A stretch of DNA of 64,000 bases, taken from Macrostomum lignano. Its lineage: Eukaryota. The notes below the pieces were generated by a model. It saw nothing but the letters and a program-made list of their open reading frames with translations, did no database searches and was not told the DNA's origin. Both the position numbers and the translations under genes were made by a program. Position 1 is the stretch's first letter. Each line of letters opens with the position of its first letter. Shown here one piece after another: positions 53,076 to 63,915 of the stretch. Location: assembly GCA_002269645.1 (NCBI GenBank), contig NIVC01003666.1:20071-84070 (forward strand), written 5' to 3'.

Positions 53076-54401
53076 CTAGTGATGTCCAGGCCAACGATCC
53101 GTGGAGCGTCCGTCACCGTCAGCGACGCCACAGAGGCGGCGTCCAAGCGCGTCAAAAACTGCAGCACTGTCGGCTCGTCCACCGCCGGCAGCGTCGCCGC
53201 CGAACTCCAGCGAGAGGAGGGACGAGAACAGGCGGAGCATTCGCTCGGCGCGCGACTCCAACTGGCGAATCTCTCCCACCACGACTGTCAGCTGGTCGAA
53301 GACCCGCCTGGCCACTTCAGCGGCTTGGCCGGCCTCAGCAAGGGCGCGGTCGTCCACGCGGATGCCCGGGCCAGCCGGCGTCATGACAACCAGCGAGCAG
53401 GGCGACTCAAGACGCAGTTGGTGCCGGAGCCGTTCGGCGGCGGCGGTAGCCTCGGGCAGGTTGCACTCGTCGGCCAGATGTCCACGAAGGCCGCGCACCG
53501 TAGCGGCCAGACGCTGTCGGAACGCCGCTATACTGCGAGACCGCGAAGCCACCGCTGCAGCCTCCGCTTCGTCAACAACGTCCAGCACTCGACGGTTAAA
53601 GAAAATGACGATTACTCGAGCCGGCGAAAACCGATCAACAAGGCTGTCCAAGAAGTTGAGCAGTCGGCTTAGGCCGCCGAAATCCGACGAGGTGTGCACG
53701 AGCAGGAACAGGTTGACTCTGCTGTGCGAGCTGCAAGGCGGAAACCCCGGCGTGGGGTGCGGCGGATGCGGCGGCAGATGCGGCACGCGCGGCGGCGGCA
53801 GCGGCAGGAAAGCCTTCGCCAGCCGGTTGTCAACTGAATTGGACTCGCTAGAGAATTCCGTTTTGTTAGCCGCGTGGCCGCTGTTGCTGAAGCTGCTCTG
53901 CTTGCCAGAGTCGGCGCTGACCACCGTGCGGCCGTTCACCTGAGTCAGCTTCTGGTTTCGCTGGGAGCTCTCGCCCGACTCGCTGGCTTTGAGCTCCTTG
54001 GCGCTGCGCTCGGCGATTTTTTCTTGCCTAGCAACCGAGTCCAGCTGCTTCACGCCGCCCCGACCGTTGTCCTGGAAGCCGCGGTTCCACTCGACGCTCT
54101 TGGCCGATTTGCGCACGTGCTGCAGGGTGTCCTCGGTGCGGCTCTCCCTGCTCTCGGACTTGGACGACTGCACCACGCTGGAGAATGTGGCCGGGAAACC
54201 CGAGCCGACTGCCGACGACTGCTGACGCTGGCCCCAGTCGAAGTTGTCGAAGTTGAACGGCAGGCGAGATTTGGCGCTGTCCGACAGGTCGGAGGCCGAC
54301 TGCCAGAAAGAGAAGTCGGCGTCGGCAGTGGCCGCTGCAGCAAGATACAGGGCCAGCATCAGTAGGTGGTGGCATGACAACTGAGGTAAGGCGACTGCCA
54401 T
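53076..54401 (-). CDS. Secreted protein: signal peptide, Ser-rich region, Pro-rich linker, degenerate vWA-like domain
   Basis: Single ORF with GC-rich coding style. Hydrophobic N-terminus LLMLALYLAAAATA. C...VNLFLLVHTSS...LLNFLDSLVDRF...VIVIFF...LGRRLC follows the vWA beta-A/alpha1/beta-B layout with bracketing Cys. AATAAA on the minus strand near 52795..52800. The start may be 54419 or 54401. Confidence 0.75.
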   Translation of the reverse strand: MAVALPQLSCHHLLMLALYLAAAATADADFSFWQSASDLSDSAKSRLPFNFDNFDWGQRQQSSAVGSGFPATFSSVVQSSKSESRESRTEDTLQHVRKSAKSVEWNRGFQDNGRGGVKQLDSVARQEKIAERSAKELKASESGESSQRNQKLTQVNGRTVVSADSGKQSSFSNSGHAANKTEFSSESNSVDNRLAKAFLPLPPPRVPHLPPHPPHPTPGFPPCSSHSRVNLFLLVHTSSDFGGLSRLLNFLDSLVDRFSPARVIVIFFNRRVLDVVDEAEAAAVASRSRSIAAFRQRLAATVRGLRGHLADECNLPEATAAAERLRHQLRLESPCSLVVMTPAGPGIRVDDRALAEAGQAAEVARRVFDQLTVVVGEIRQLESRAERMLRLFSSLLSLEFGGDAAGGGRADSAAVFDALGRRLCGVADGDGRSTDRWPGHH

Positions 54402-55500
54402 TTCTGGGCAAATTTTCATTCAAATGTCTAGCTGCGTAATTGCGTGCAAGACTGTTTATTTGGCACGGTGGCTTAGCCAAACTTTTCTTTTGAATTCTGG
54501 CGAAAATGAGAGAGGGAGAGAGAGAGGGAGAGAGATTTTAGCTAATAGTAGGATTGGACTGGGGCTTTGTTAATTCTGCATGTACACAACATCCCCAAGG
54601 GGGTTAGAAAGTTAGGGGTAGAGTTGGTCTATCTGCTCAGTGGTTGCTTCGCTCTGATTGGCTGGGGCAGAGGAGGGATAGAAAAACGTCGCGCGTATAT
54701 TTATCAGTTTGATTCTGATTAGAGTGGGTTGGTTGGCCAAGTTAGTTTGAGAGTTAAACGCCAGTCACAAAAACATTAATGTACTTTTCTAGCTCGCATT
54801 TTGTTATTTTATCATTGAAATGAATAGGAAAGTTCCTGTCAATGTTTTCTTTACTATTCAGCTACAACCACAGATACTAAAATAACTGGATGGGCCACTC
54901 AGGCATGTATACTTAGTAAAACAGCTTTCTACTTTCAGTTCAGTAGCAAAGAAGAATGCATAAGCTATTCTATAAAAAAGCAGCTAAAATGACTTTGATA
55001 AGTTTAGAAGCCAAGCTTGCAGACGTAAACAACCAGCTAATTGGTTCAGCAATAACGTACATTAGCCAGTCCACTGAAATGTACATGGCAGCTTTAGGCT
55101 GCAATTCCGAGAAAGGCAATAAAAATTAGGGCGTGGCGGGGGGGGTAGTGTGGAAAGGCGCGGTTGGAGGGTTTAAGCTGGGGGGAGGGGGTAAGAAACA
55201 ACAAATGAGCCTTGGCTTTAAAAATACACCAAAATGCTACTGTTTATTAACTTACTACTGAACTGAAAGTAGTTTGCACGCAAACCCATCTAGTTTTTCT
55301 AGTATCTGTGCCTACCTACAACCAAGGGGTTCGATTAGCATTTTCAATTCAATTTCAATAGTAGCTTAACAAAACATCGTGCAAGTCTGTATGTATTGAC
55401 GTATTCATGAACAAAATTATGTACGAATTGAATAGTTTTATTGTATTAATTATTCACAAACAGCTGGGTAAACTGCATTGAACAAACCCAGCTCTTTAAT

Positions 55501-55698
55501 TTAAAGCTCCTTATTAATTATGCAGTTCCCAATGTACCGGCCAAATAGTTTTGGCCAGTCGCAGACCAGACCGGGGCAGCATTCGTGATCAAAGTAGCAC
55601 GCCGTGTCAACAGTCTGGCAGGACTTCGCCTTCAAACTGCAGGTGTCTCCGGTGTTGAGCAGACTGACAGCTGTTAAAATAACTGTCAGAAGCTGCAT
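55501..55698 (-). CDS. Secreted cysteine-rich peptide with inhibitor cystine knot (knottin) spacing, 65 aa
   Basis: MQLLTVILTAVSLLNTG-DTCSLKAKSCQTVDTACYFDHECCPGLVCDWPKLFGRYIGNCIINKEL*. Spacing is C-x6-C-x5-CC-x4-C-x12-C. AATAAA on the minus strand at 55437..55442. Confidence 0.8.
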   Translation of the reverse strand: MQLLTVILTAVSLLNTGDTCSLKAKSCQTVDTACYFDHECCPGLVCDWPKLFGRYIGNCIINKEL

Positions 55699-55717
55699 TG
55701 CCAGCCAAGTTGAAGTG

Positions 55718-56760
55718 GAGTGGAGTACACTGTCTGAAGTGGATGAGTACACTGTCTGAAGTGGATGAGTACACTGACTGGATGAGTACACTGTCTGAAG
55801 TGGATGAGTACACTGTCTGAAGTGGATGAGTACACTGTCTGAAGTGGATGAGTAAACTATCTGAAGTGGATGAGTACATTGTCTGAAGTGGATGAGTACA
55901 CTGACTGAAGTGGATGAGTACACTGTCTGAAGTGGATGAGTACACTGTCTGAAGTGGATGAGTACACTGTCTGAAGTGGATGAGTACACTGTCTGAAGTG
56001 GATGAGTACACTGTCTGAAGTGGATGAGTACACTGACTGGATGAGTACACTGACTGGATGAGTACACTGACTGGATGAGTACACTGACTGGATGAGTACA
56101 TTGACTGAAGTGGATGAGTACACTGTCTGAAGTGGATGAGTACACTGACTGAAGTGGATGAGTACACTGACTGAAGTGGATGAGTACACTGTCTGAAGTG
56201 GATGAGTACACTGACTGAAGTGGATGAGTACACTGTCTGAAGTGGATGAGTACACTGACTGAAGTGGATGAGTACACTGTCTGAAGTGGATGAGTACACT
56301 GACTGAAGTGGATGAGTACACTGTCTGAAGTGGATGAGTACACTGTCTGAAGTGGATGAGTACACTGACTGGATGAGTACACTGACTGGATGAGTACACT
56401 GACTGGATGAGTACACTGACTGGATGAGTACATTGACTGAAGTGGATGAGTACACTGTCTGAAGTGGATGAGTACACTGACTGAAGTGGATGAGTACACT
56501 GACTGAAGTGGATGAGTACACTGTCTGAAGTGGATGAGTACACTGACTGAAGTGGATGAGTACACTGTCTGAAGTGGATGAGTACACTGACTGAAGTGGA
56601 TGAGTACACTGTCTGAAGTGGATGAGTACACTGACTGAAGTGGATGAGTACACTGTCTGAAGTGGATGAGTACACTGTCTGAAGTGGATGAGTACACTGA
56701 CTGAAGTGGATGAGTACACTGACTGAAGTGGATGAGTACACTGACTGGATGAGTACACTG
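55718..56760. repeat. 22-bp minisatellite with shorter variant units and a ~330-bp higher-order block, just upstream of the knottin ATG
   Basis: GAAGTGGATGAGTACACTG(T/A)CT. Confidence 0.95.
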
Positions 56761-57565
56761 AAATGTGCATACGTACATGAGTATGAAAACAAGTAGTAAT
56801 TACGAGCTATGGAGAATCGAGCAATCAAGTGATTTATATCACTAAATTTGAATCAACAGCTAGGATGCTACAACTCACAAGCTTCTAACTCATTACCAGA
56901 ATCAAGAAGCCTAGAGCTTTTCGGTACAACGGCAGCAAGGCTTTGTAACTCACATTTATGCAGGCAGCTTTAGCAGTTGCACGCCTTAGCCTTCATCAAT
57001 TGGAAAGGATTCTTGCGTGCAGAGAGCTAATGAAGAATTCAGGACCAGTTTAGCAATTCAGGTATACCAGTGCGTAAGTATTGTAAAAAGAAGCGAGTTG
57101 TCTTTGGAGACAAAAATAGCTTGAAATTTTGATGTTTTTATCGGTTTGTTTATCACTCAGTTATTATACGGACAGAGTGCAATAGCTATCTATGGAAGTA
57201 CTTGATTTGGATTTTGATTGTCAAAAATATTGCCATGGATGAAGGAATTGATCTACTCCTTCATCCATGAATATAGCTCAAATTACTCGAGTATAATTTC
57301 TTTTGTCTATGGTCGCAAGGATGCTCTCTGGTTAGAAGACAATCAAGTGGAGAATTTCAAAGCAAATATTCTGGCCGCAGAACTTCATTTCTATACACTT
57401 GGTGATGATTTTTAATGGAATTTCCACTTGCTTAACTTTAGTCAAGCTCAGAACTAAGCTTTGCACATAGACAAATGAAGGTCATTAAGGCAATATTTTC
57501 TCGATCGGCTGCTTTTAAGGCAATTTCTGTCTATATTCAAGGCTAAATGTAGGAATTCAATTAAA

Positions 57566-57840
57566 GGGGTGGTAGCCTAGTGGTTTAGAGCGTCGGACTC
57601 ACGACGTGAAGGTTGGGGGTTCGATTCTCCACCCACTAGGAACAATTTGTGTCCTTGAGCAAGACACTTAATTCTGCATTGCTTCAGTTCACCCAGCTGT
57701 AAAATGGGTGCCAGCATTAGCTGGGGTAACTGAGGGTGTGGCGACCCCCAGTCCTTGTACTGAACAGCCGTACGCAGCCTTCAGATGCGCCGCGCAATAG
57801 CACATCTGCCCATTAGGGCAGGTGTAATCTACTAGTAGTA
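57566..57840 (+). mobile_element. tRNA-derived CORE-type SINE, copy 1
   Basis: A box TAGCCTAGTGG and B box GGTTCGATTC. Body TGTGTCCTTGAGCAAGACACTTAA...CAGTT...CTGTAAAATGGG resembles the MIR/CORE domain. A second copy is at about 63397. Confidence 0.85.
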
Positions 57841-59077
57841 GAAAAGCACACGAGGATTAAATTTAGCTGAATATCTAGTGACAGTAATAGTTCATTCTGT
57901 GATAGCATCAAATTAGCTTGCTTTACTCGCATAAACTACTTACAGTAGTTTGTCATAAAACTGAAGATCTTCCCCAGCAGAGACGGACCTGATGAACGGT
58001 CATTGGCTCGGCCGAACGTGCCGTTGCTGCGGCAGGCCAGCGGGGATTGGCAAAGCCAGCAATTTCCCGACTGTATATATACATTCCAAACAGACGGAAA
58101 TTGGAAGAAGCTCGCCGGAAAATAACCACTGAAGCCGTCAATTTGTAAGAAAACCAAACTTCAACCTGCACAGGTTCCTACGTGAGTTTCTTCTAGCAGC
58201 AAAACTTTTTCTTTCGAATCTTTCGTAGTTTTACGGCAGAAAATTATACACATTTGGGAGCCCATGCAGTTTCCCGGAAGCCCAAGCAAGCGGTTTCATT
58301 TCTGTCTCCTAGAAGAAGACAGCTGTGCGGCAGGCGGGGAATCTGGCTGCGTCACGGGGCCTGGAATTCCTGCTGAATTGTAAATTGGCTGGCCTGGCTT
58401 GCCGGACTCCGTCAGGCTCCCTCGAGGAGAGCCGCTTGCATCCAACTGGATCCGGCCATCGGGACGGAGTCAAAGAAGAGGAAAACAGAGGCCGCCAGCA
58501 GCAAAGAAAACTTTGGCAGAAAAGGTTCCATCAGGACCCCGGGGGGAAGCCATCGATTTGGCCGACAGCTCTGCATCTAAGGCGGCTGAGAGCAGAGCTG
58601 CAAATATTAGCTCAACTCAACGCCGCGGCCCAGTTCTCATCTCTTGGCTTGTCAAACTTGAGCAGTCTTCGCCCCTCCCCGCCTCCTGACATTCAATCAA
58701 TTCCAAGTGCACATCGAGAAAGAGAGAGCCACAGTTTCCTTTCCAAATATTTCTGCCCAGTTTTTCTTTCCTGTTTGAATTGCTTTAATTACAGCAGCAT
58801 TCTCAAATGAACTGCCTTGCTTGCTAGCTCCCTCCCTACTCTGTGAGCTCAGAGCAGCTAATGTCAGTTTCGAATCTTTCTCGTTAGGCAATATTCGATC
58901 GCTTCTCTATGAGGTCTCGAGATGCGTGAACACACCGATTCTCTGCCTTGCCCCACTTATTTCTCTTGTTTGATCAAACTGTCTTATTTCTTTTTCTCTA
59001 TCGTCTTCCCTCTCGCCTCCTGCTTCCTTTTCTCCCTCTTCCACTCCCCTCTCCCATCCACTTGCTCCCGCTCTGAC

Positions 59078-59445
59078 AATCTCCCTCTCCGCCCCCATCT
59101 CCCTCTCAGCCTACTCCTCTCCCTCTCCGTCCCCATCTCCCTCTCAGCCTACTCCTCTCCCTCTGCGTCCCCATCTCCCTCTCAGCCTACTCCTCTCCCT
59201 CTGCGTCCCCATCTCCCTCTCAGCCTACTCCTCTCCCTCTCCGCCCCCATCTCCCTCTCAGTCTATTCCTCTCCCTCTGCGCCCCCATCTCCCTCTCAGT
59301 CTATTCCTCTCCCTCTCCGCCCCCATCTCCCTCTCAGTCTATTCCTCTCCCTCTCCGCCCCCATCTCCCTCTCAGTCTATTCCTCTCCCTCTGCGCCCCC
59401 ATCTCCCTCTCAGTCTATTCCTCTCCCTCTCCACCCCTTCTCCCT
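59078..59445. repeat. Pyrimidine-rich 38-bp minisatellite
   Basis: CTCCCTCTCCGCCCCCATCTCCCTCTCAG(CCTACT/TCTATT)CCT. Confidence 0.9.
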
Positions 59446-60396
59446 CTCTGCCTGCTCATCTCCTACTCCCCCCCCATCTCCCACTCCGCCTACTCACTAC
59501 TCATCTCCCTCTTCCCAAATCCAACTCCCATATCCTTTCTCCCTTCCCTCTCCATCTCCGTCTCCTCTTCCTTTCTTTCCCCCCTTTGTGACTTCTCTCC
59601 CATTTGCTCTAAAACTTTTCTCCGCCCCTGTTACCCGCCTCTCTATGTATTACATATTTATTTGTGTCCATATCTGACTGCTAGATCGGATTCGACCATC
59701 TGCCCGATTCAAATGTGCTAGAGAAGGGAATTAGAGCAGGAAATACCCCCCCGCGAAGCTCGAAATGAAATCGATTAAAAAGAATGGGAGAAAAGAGTTA
59801 CATGATGTTAGCGGAGACGCCACAGCCGTCTTGGCGGTGTCCACTCTAGAGAAAAAAACTTAATCTTCTCCCTCAATTTCGAGCGCATCCGCAATGCGCT
59901 GGGCAGCTACGAGCCAAAAGTGCAGCGCCAGCGCCGAACTGAGAAACCCGGCCGGCTCCGCCCTTAGATAAGATTAGTTTGAATTCCCTGGCGTCATTTA
60001 CTAGAATACTCTTTGTGGCTGCCATCAATATACGAGAATATATCTAGTTACTGCTTCGTTTCTTACTCCGACTGCGCCTTTCAATGCCAAATTTATTGAT
60101 CTGCACTGCAAATCAAAGCCTTCCGACCGCTTTGAAAATCAGCGGCAACAGAAGAAGGTCCGGGGTTGACAGCTTTGACGATTGGCCGGAATGTTTGTTT
60201 ACAGCATCCAGCCTTGCCGTCGTTGAACTTTAAAAAATGCAAATGTAGTGCTTAAGATGAATGTACTTTTACTACCCTGTAACTGCAAAAAACAAATCGA
60301 GGCGCTTTAGAGAGGTTGCTATGGGAATTTGAAGCTAGGGGATGCAATAATGTAAGAGAGATGGTCGGTAAGAAGCTAGGCTGGGCTAAGACGGGG

Positions 60397-60800
60397 AGCA
60401 TGGAGTGATGTGGAATTGGAATGGGCAGCATGGAGTGACTTGGAATTGGAATGGGTAGCATGGAGTGACTTGGAATTGGAATGGGTAGCATGGAGTGACT
60501 TGGAATTGGAATGGGTAGCATGGAGTGACTTGGAATTGGAATGGGTAGCATGGAGTGACTTGAAATTGGAATGGGTAGCATGGAGTGACTTGGAATTGGA
60601 ATGGGTAGCATGGAGTGACTTGGAATTGGAATGGACAGCATGGAGTGACTTGGAATTGGAATGGGTAGCATGGAGTGACTTGGAATTGGAATGGACAGCA
60701 TGGAGTGACTTGGAATTGGAATGGGCAGCATGGAGTGACTTGGAATTGGAATGGGCAGCATGGAGTGGCTTGGAATTGGAATGGACAGCATGGAGTGACC
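60397..60800. repeat. 30-bp minisatellite
   Basis: GCATGGAGTGACTTGGAATTGGAATGG(GTA/ACA/GCA). Confidence 0.94.
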
Positions 60801-61477
60801 CGTGATTGGAATTATGTTGAGTTGACGCCCTGACGGGCTTCAGGGAGAGAGGTGTTTAAGGCATGGCAGTGGTGAGATGCGTCTCGGAGGTACTCATTGT
60901 TGGGGTGCGCTTGAATCAGTTTCCGCAAGCCAACTGAGTCGAACCAAGTCCGGTAGTGGAGTCAACAGTCAACTTTTAAATCATTATTATCTTCCTGAGC
61001 ATGGTTCTCTTTAAAGAAATTCATTCCATCATTCCAGTCTGCCTGTCATGAGCTGCATCATGAGCTGAATCATGACGAAGCAGTATTTCCGAGTGCTCCC
61101 GTGCTGCTCAATTCCGCTCGTCGCTGATCAGGAAATTTGATTCAATATTTCTCTCTTTCCAAGCGGCTGAGAACACTCTTCTCCGTATATTTGATTAGCC
61201 TAATGTATCTGGGCTACGAGTATATGGCGTCCCTGCAGTCAGTCGAAACCAGTTTAACATGTCGAGGCACCATTTGAGTACTGCCTGCTTTTTCCAAGAT
61301 TTAAGAAGGATTCCCTGAGATTGAACTGGTTTCAGACTAAATTCTGGTTGCATGCCGTTCTGCTTGTGCCGCAACTCGTTGCCTTCTATTCAGGTCAGGA
61401 TACAAATCTGAGATCGGAGCTACAAAGAGGCTCCATCACTGGAAATCCGATTAGAATGGAAGGAAACAACCCATCCT

Positions 61478-61965
61478 GACAGACGCACAGAATCCACAAA
61501 CAGACGCACAGAATCCACAAACAGACGTACAGAATCCGCATAAACAGACGCACAGAATTCCACAAACAGACGTACAGAATCCACAAACAGACGCACAGAA
61601 TCCACAAACAGACGCACAGAATTCCACAAACAGACGTACAGAATCCACAAACAGACGTACAGAATCCACAAACAGACGCACAGAATCCACAAACAGACGC
61701 ACAGAATTCCACAAACAGACGTACAGAATCCACAAACAGACGCACAGAATCCGCATAAACAGACGCACAGAATCCACAAACAGACGCACAGAATTCCACA
61801 AACAGACGCACAGAATTCCACAAACAGACGCACAGGATTCCATAAACAGACGCACAGAATTCCACAAACAGACGCACAGAATTCCACAAACAGACGCACA
61901 GAATCCACAAACAGACGCACAGAATCCACAAACAGACGCACAGAATCCACAAACAGACGCACAGG
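61478..61965. repeat. 21/22-bp minisatellite
   Basis: ACAAACAGACG(C/T)ACAGAAT(T)CC. Confidence 0.94.
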
Positions 61966-62091
61966 ACTCTAAAATTTAAAGGGAGAGTAAAATTTATCAA
62001 TAACAACAACCCGAACTTTCAGATTTTTGCTCATCAGTCCAAACTCCAAACCAACGAGTTTCTGAGCCTCTCGGTGGTTGCAGCACGAAGA

Positions 62092-63915
62092 ATGGCCTCT
62101 GTTCTGTTGCAGCCTCTGCTGCTGCTGCAGTCACTGCTTGTACTTTTCCTGTTGCTGCACTCAGGCGGCACAGCCGCCAAGAGCTCCGCTGAAAATACGT
62201 AAGACTTATACTATCCGCTGGAGTGTTAAGGATTAATGACTTCCACAAAGCCCAGAAACCCAATCCAGTCCCGAAACCCCATCCAGTCCCGAGACCCCAT
62301 CCAGTCCCGAGACCCAATCTAGTCCCGAGACCCAATCTAGTCCCGAGACCCCATCCAGTCCCGAGACCCCATCCAGTCCCGAGACCCAATCTAGTCCCGA
62401 GACCCCATCCAGTCCCGAGACCCAATCTAGTCCCGAGACCCAATCTAGTCCCGAGACCCCATCCAGTCCCGAGACCCCATCCAGTCCCGAGACCCAATCT
62501 AGTCCCGAGACCCCATCCAGTCCCGAGACCCAATCTAGTCCCGAGACCCCATCTAGTCCCGAGACCCCATCCAGTCTCGAGACCCCATCCAGTCCCGAGA
62601 CCCCATCTAGTCCCGAGACCCCATCCAGTCTCGAGACCCCATCCAGTCTCGAGACCCCATCCAGTCCCGAGACCCCATCCAGTCCCGAGACCCCATCCAG
62701 TCCCGAGACCCCATCCAGTCCCAAGACCCCATCCAGTCCCGAGACCCCATCCAGTCCCGAGACCCCATCCAGTCCCGAGACCCCATCTAGTCCCGAGACC
62801 CCATCCAGTCTCGAGACCCATCCAGTCCCGAGACCCCATCCAGTCCGAGACCCCATCCAGTCCCGAGACCCCATCCAGTCCCGAGACCCCATCCAGTCCC
62901 GAGACCCCATCCAGTCCCGAAACCCCATCCAGTCCCGAGACCCATCCAGTCCCGAGACCCAATCCAGTCCTGAGACCCCATCCAGTCCCGAGACCCAATC
63001 CAGTCCCGAGACCCCATTCCGAAACACATTAATCTTGCACCGAACTCTGTTAACACCTGTACTTTTGTCCGCAGAAAGCGTGTCGTCGACCGCATACTGA
63101 AGAACTACACGCGGCAGAACAGTCCCAATGGAGGTAAAAATTAAAATTAAAAATTAAAAAACAAGAAAAAGAAGCAAGACGATAGAATATAATTTCACTA
63201 TAATTGATTTTGTCTATCATTTTAGATTCCACTACAAATGTTTACATTGGAATTTATATCATTGGTTTCTACTCAATCAGCGAGGCTACGATGGTGAGCA
63301 TATGGCCATATGATCACTGGCTCAGATATGCTTGCTTATGCTAACCGATAAACTAGAAATTATTTCCTGTGATAATTATTTTCACTGTTATTCGTCTGTG
63401 TTGCAGCCTAGTGGTCAGAGCGTCGGACCCACGACTTAAAGGTCGGGGGTTCGATTCCCGATCCCACTTGGAACAATTTGTGTCCTTGAGCAAGACACTT
63501 AACTCTGCATTGCTTCAGTTCACCAGCTGTAAAATGGTGCCAGCATTAGCTGGGGTAACTGAGGCTGTGTGGCGACCCCCCAATCCTTGGACTGAACAGC
63601 CGTACGCAGCCTTCAGATATAGCTGCGGCTGAGCTGTCGGTTGTACATCTGCTCATTAGGCAGGTGTAATCAATTATTATCATAATTCGTATTACATTTT
63701 GTCATAGCCTATCCTAAATAAAAGGCTAAGGCTTTACCATAACCACACCCTAACTGCTTCACACCTGCCCAAAAGGACTACTCTCTGACCATCTACCTGC
63801 GACAGCAGTGGACGGATCCGCGACTAAAGTTCAACAGCAGCCTGGTTGGCGGCAAGACTCAGATTAAGCTGGAGGACAGAATCTGGAAAATCTGGGTACC
63901 GGATGTGTTCCTTAG
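62092..63915 (+). CDS. Cys-loop ligand-gated ion channel subunit, anion-selective GlyR/GABA/GluCl-like group (3'-partial)
   Basis: join(62092..62198,63075..63133,63226..63293,63776..63915), phases 2,1,0,2. Signal peptide, then VVDRILKNY, SISEATM|DYSLTIYLRQQWTDPRL (loop D) and IWVPDVF (loop A). Not in the ORF track. Confidence 0.92.
62262..63022. repeat. 18-bp minisatellite filling Cys-loop receptor intron 1
   Basis: CCAGTCCCGAGACCC(C/A)AT. Confidence 0.95.
63397..63685 (+). mobile_element. tRNA-derived CORE-type SINE, copy 2, in Cys-loop receptor intron 3
   Basis: Colinear with 57566..57840 over head, CORE and 3' end (GCAGGTGTAATC), with a short (ATT)-like tail. Confidence 0.85.

Noticed and set aside
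53079-54365. Overlapping + strand ORFs (197, 280 and 163 aa); similarly 43061..44292 and 32905..33328
   Set aside because: These are shadow ORFs of GC-rich real genes on the opposite strand or frame.
56970-57000. MKAKACNC mini-ORF resembling knottin LKAKSC
   Set aside because: It has only 8 codons, no signal peptide or knot, and the similarity is too short to exceed chance.
57566-57640. Functional tRNA gene
   Set aside because: The anticodon and acceptor stems do not pair cleanly, and the head continues into a repeated SINE body.
58325-58810. ORFs of 161 and 96 aa upstream of the Cys-loop gene
   Set aside because: No recognisable motif or consistent splice chain, and non-ATG starts in the track.
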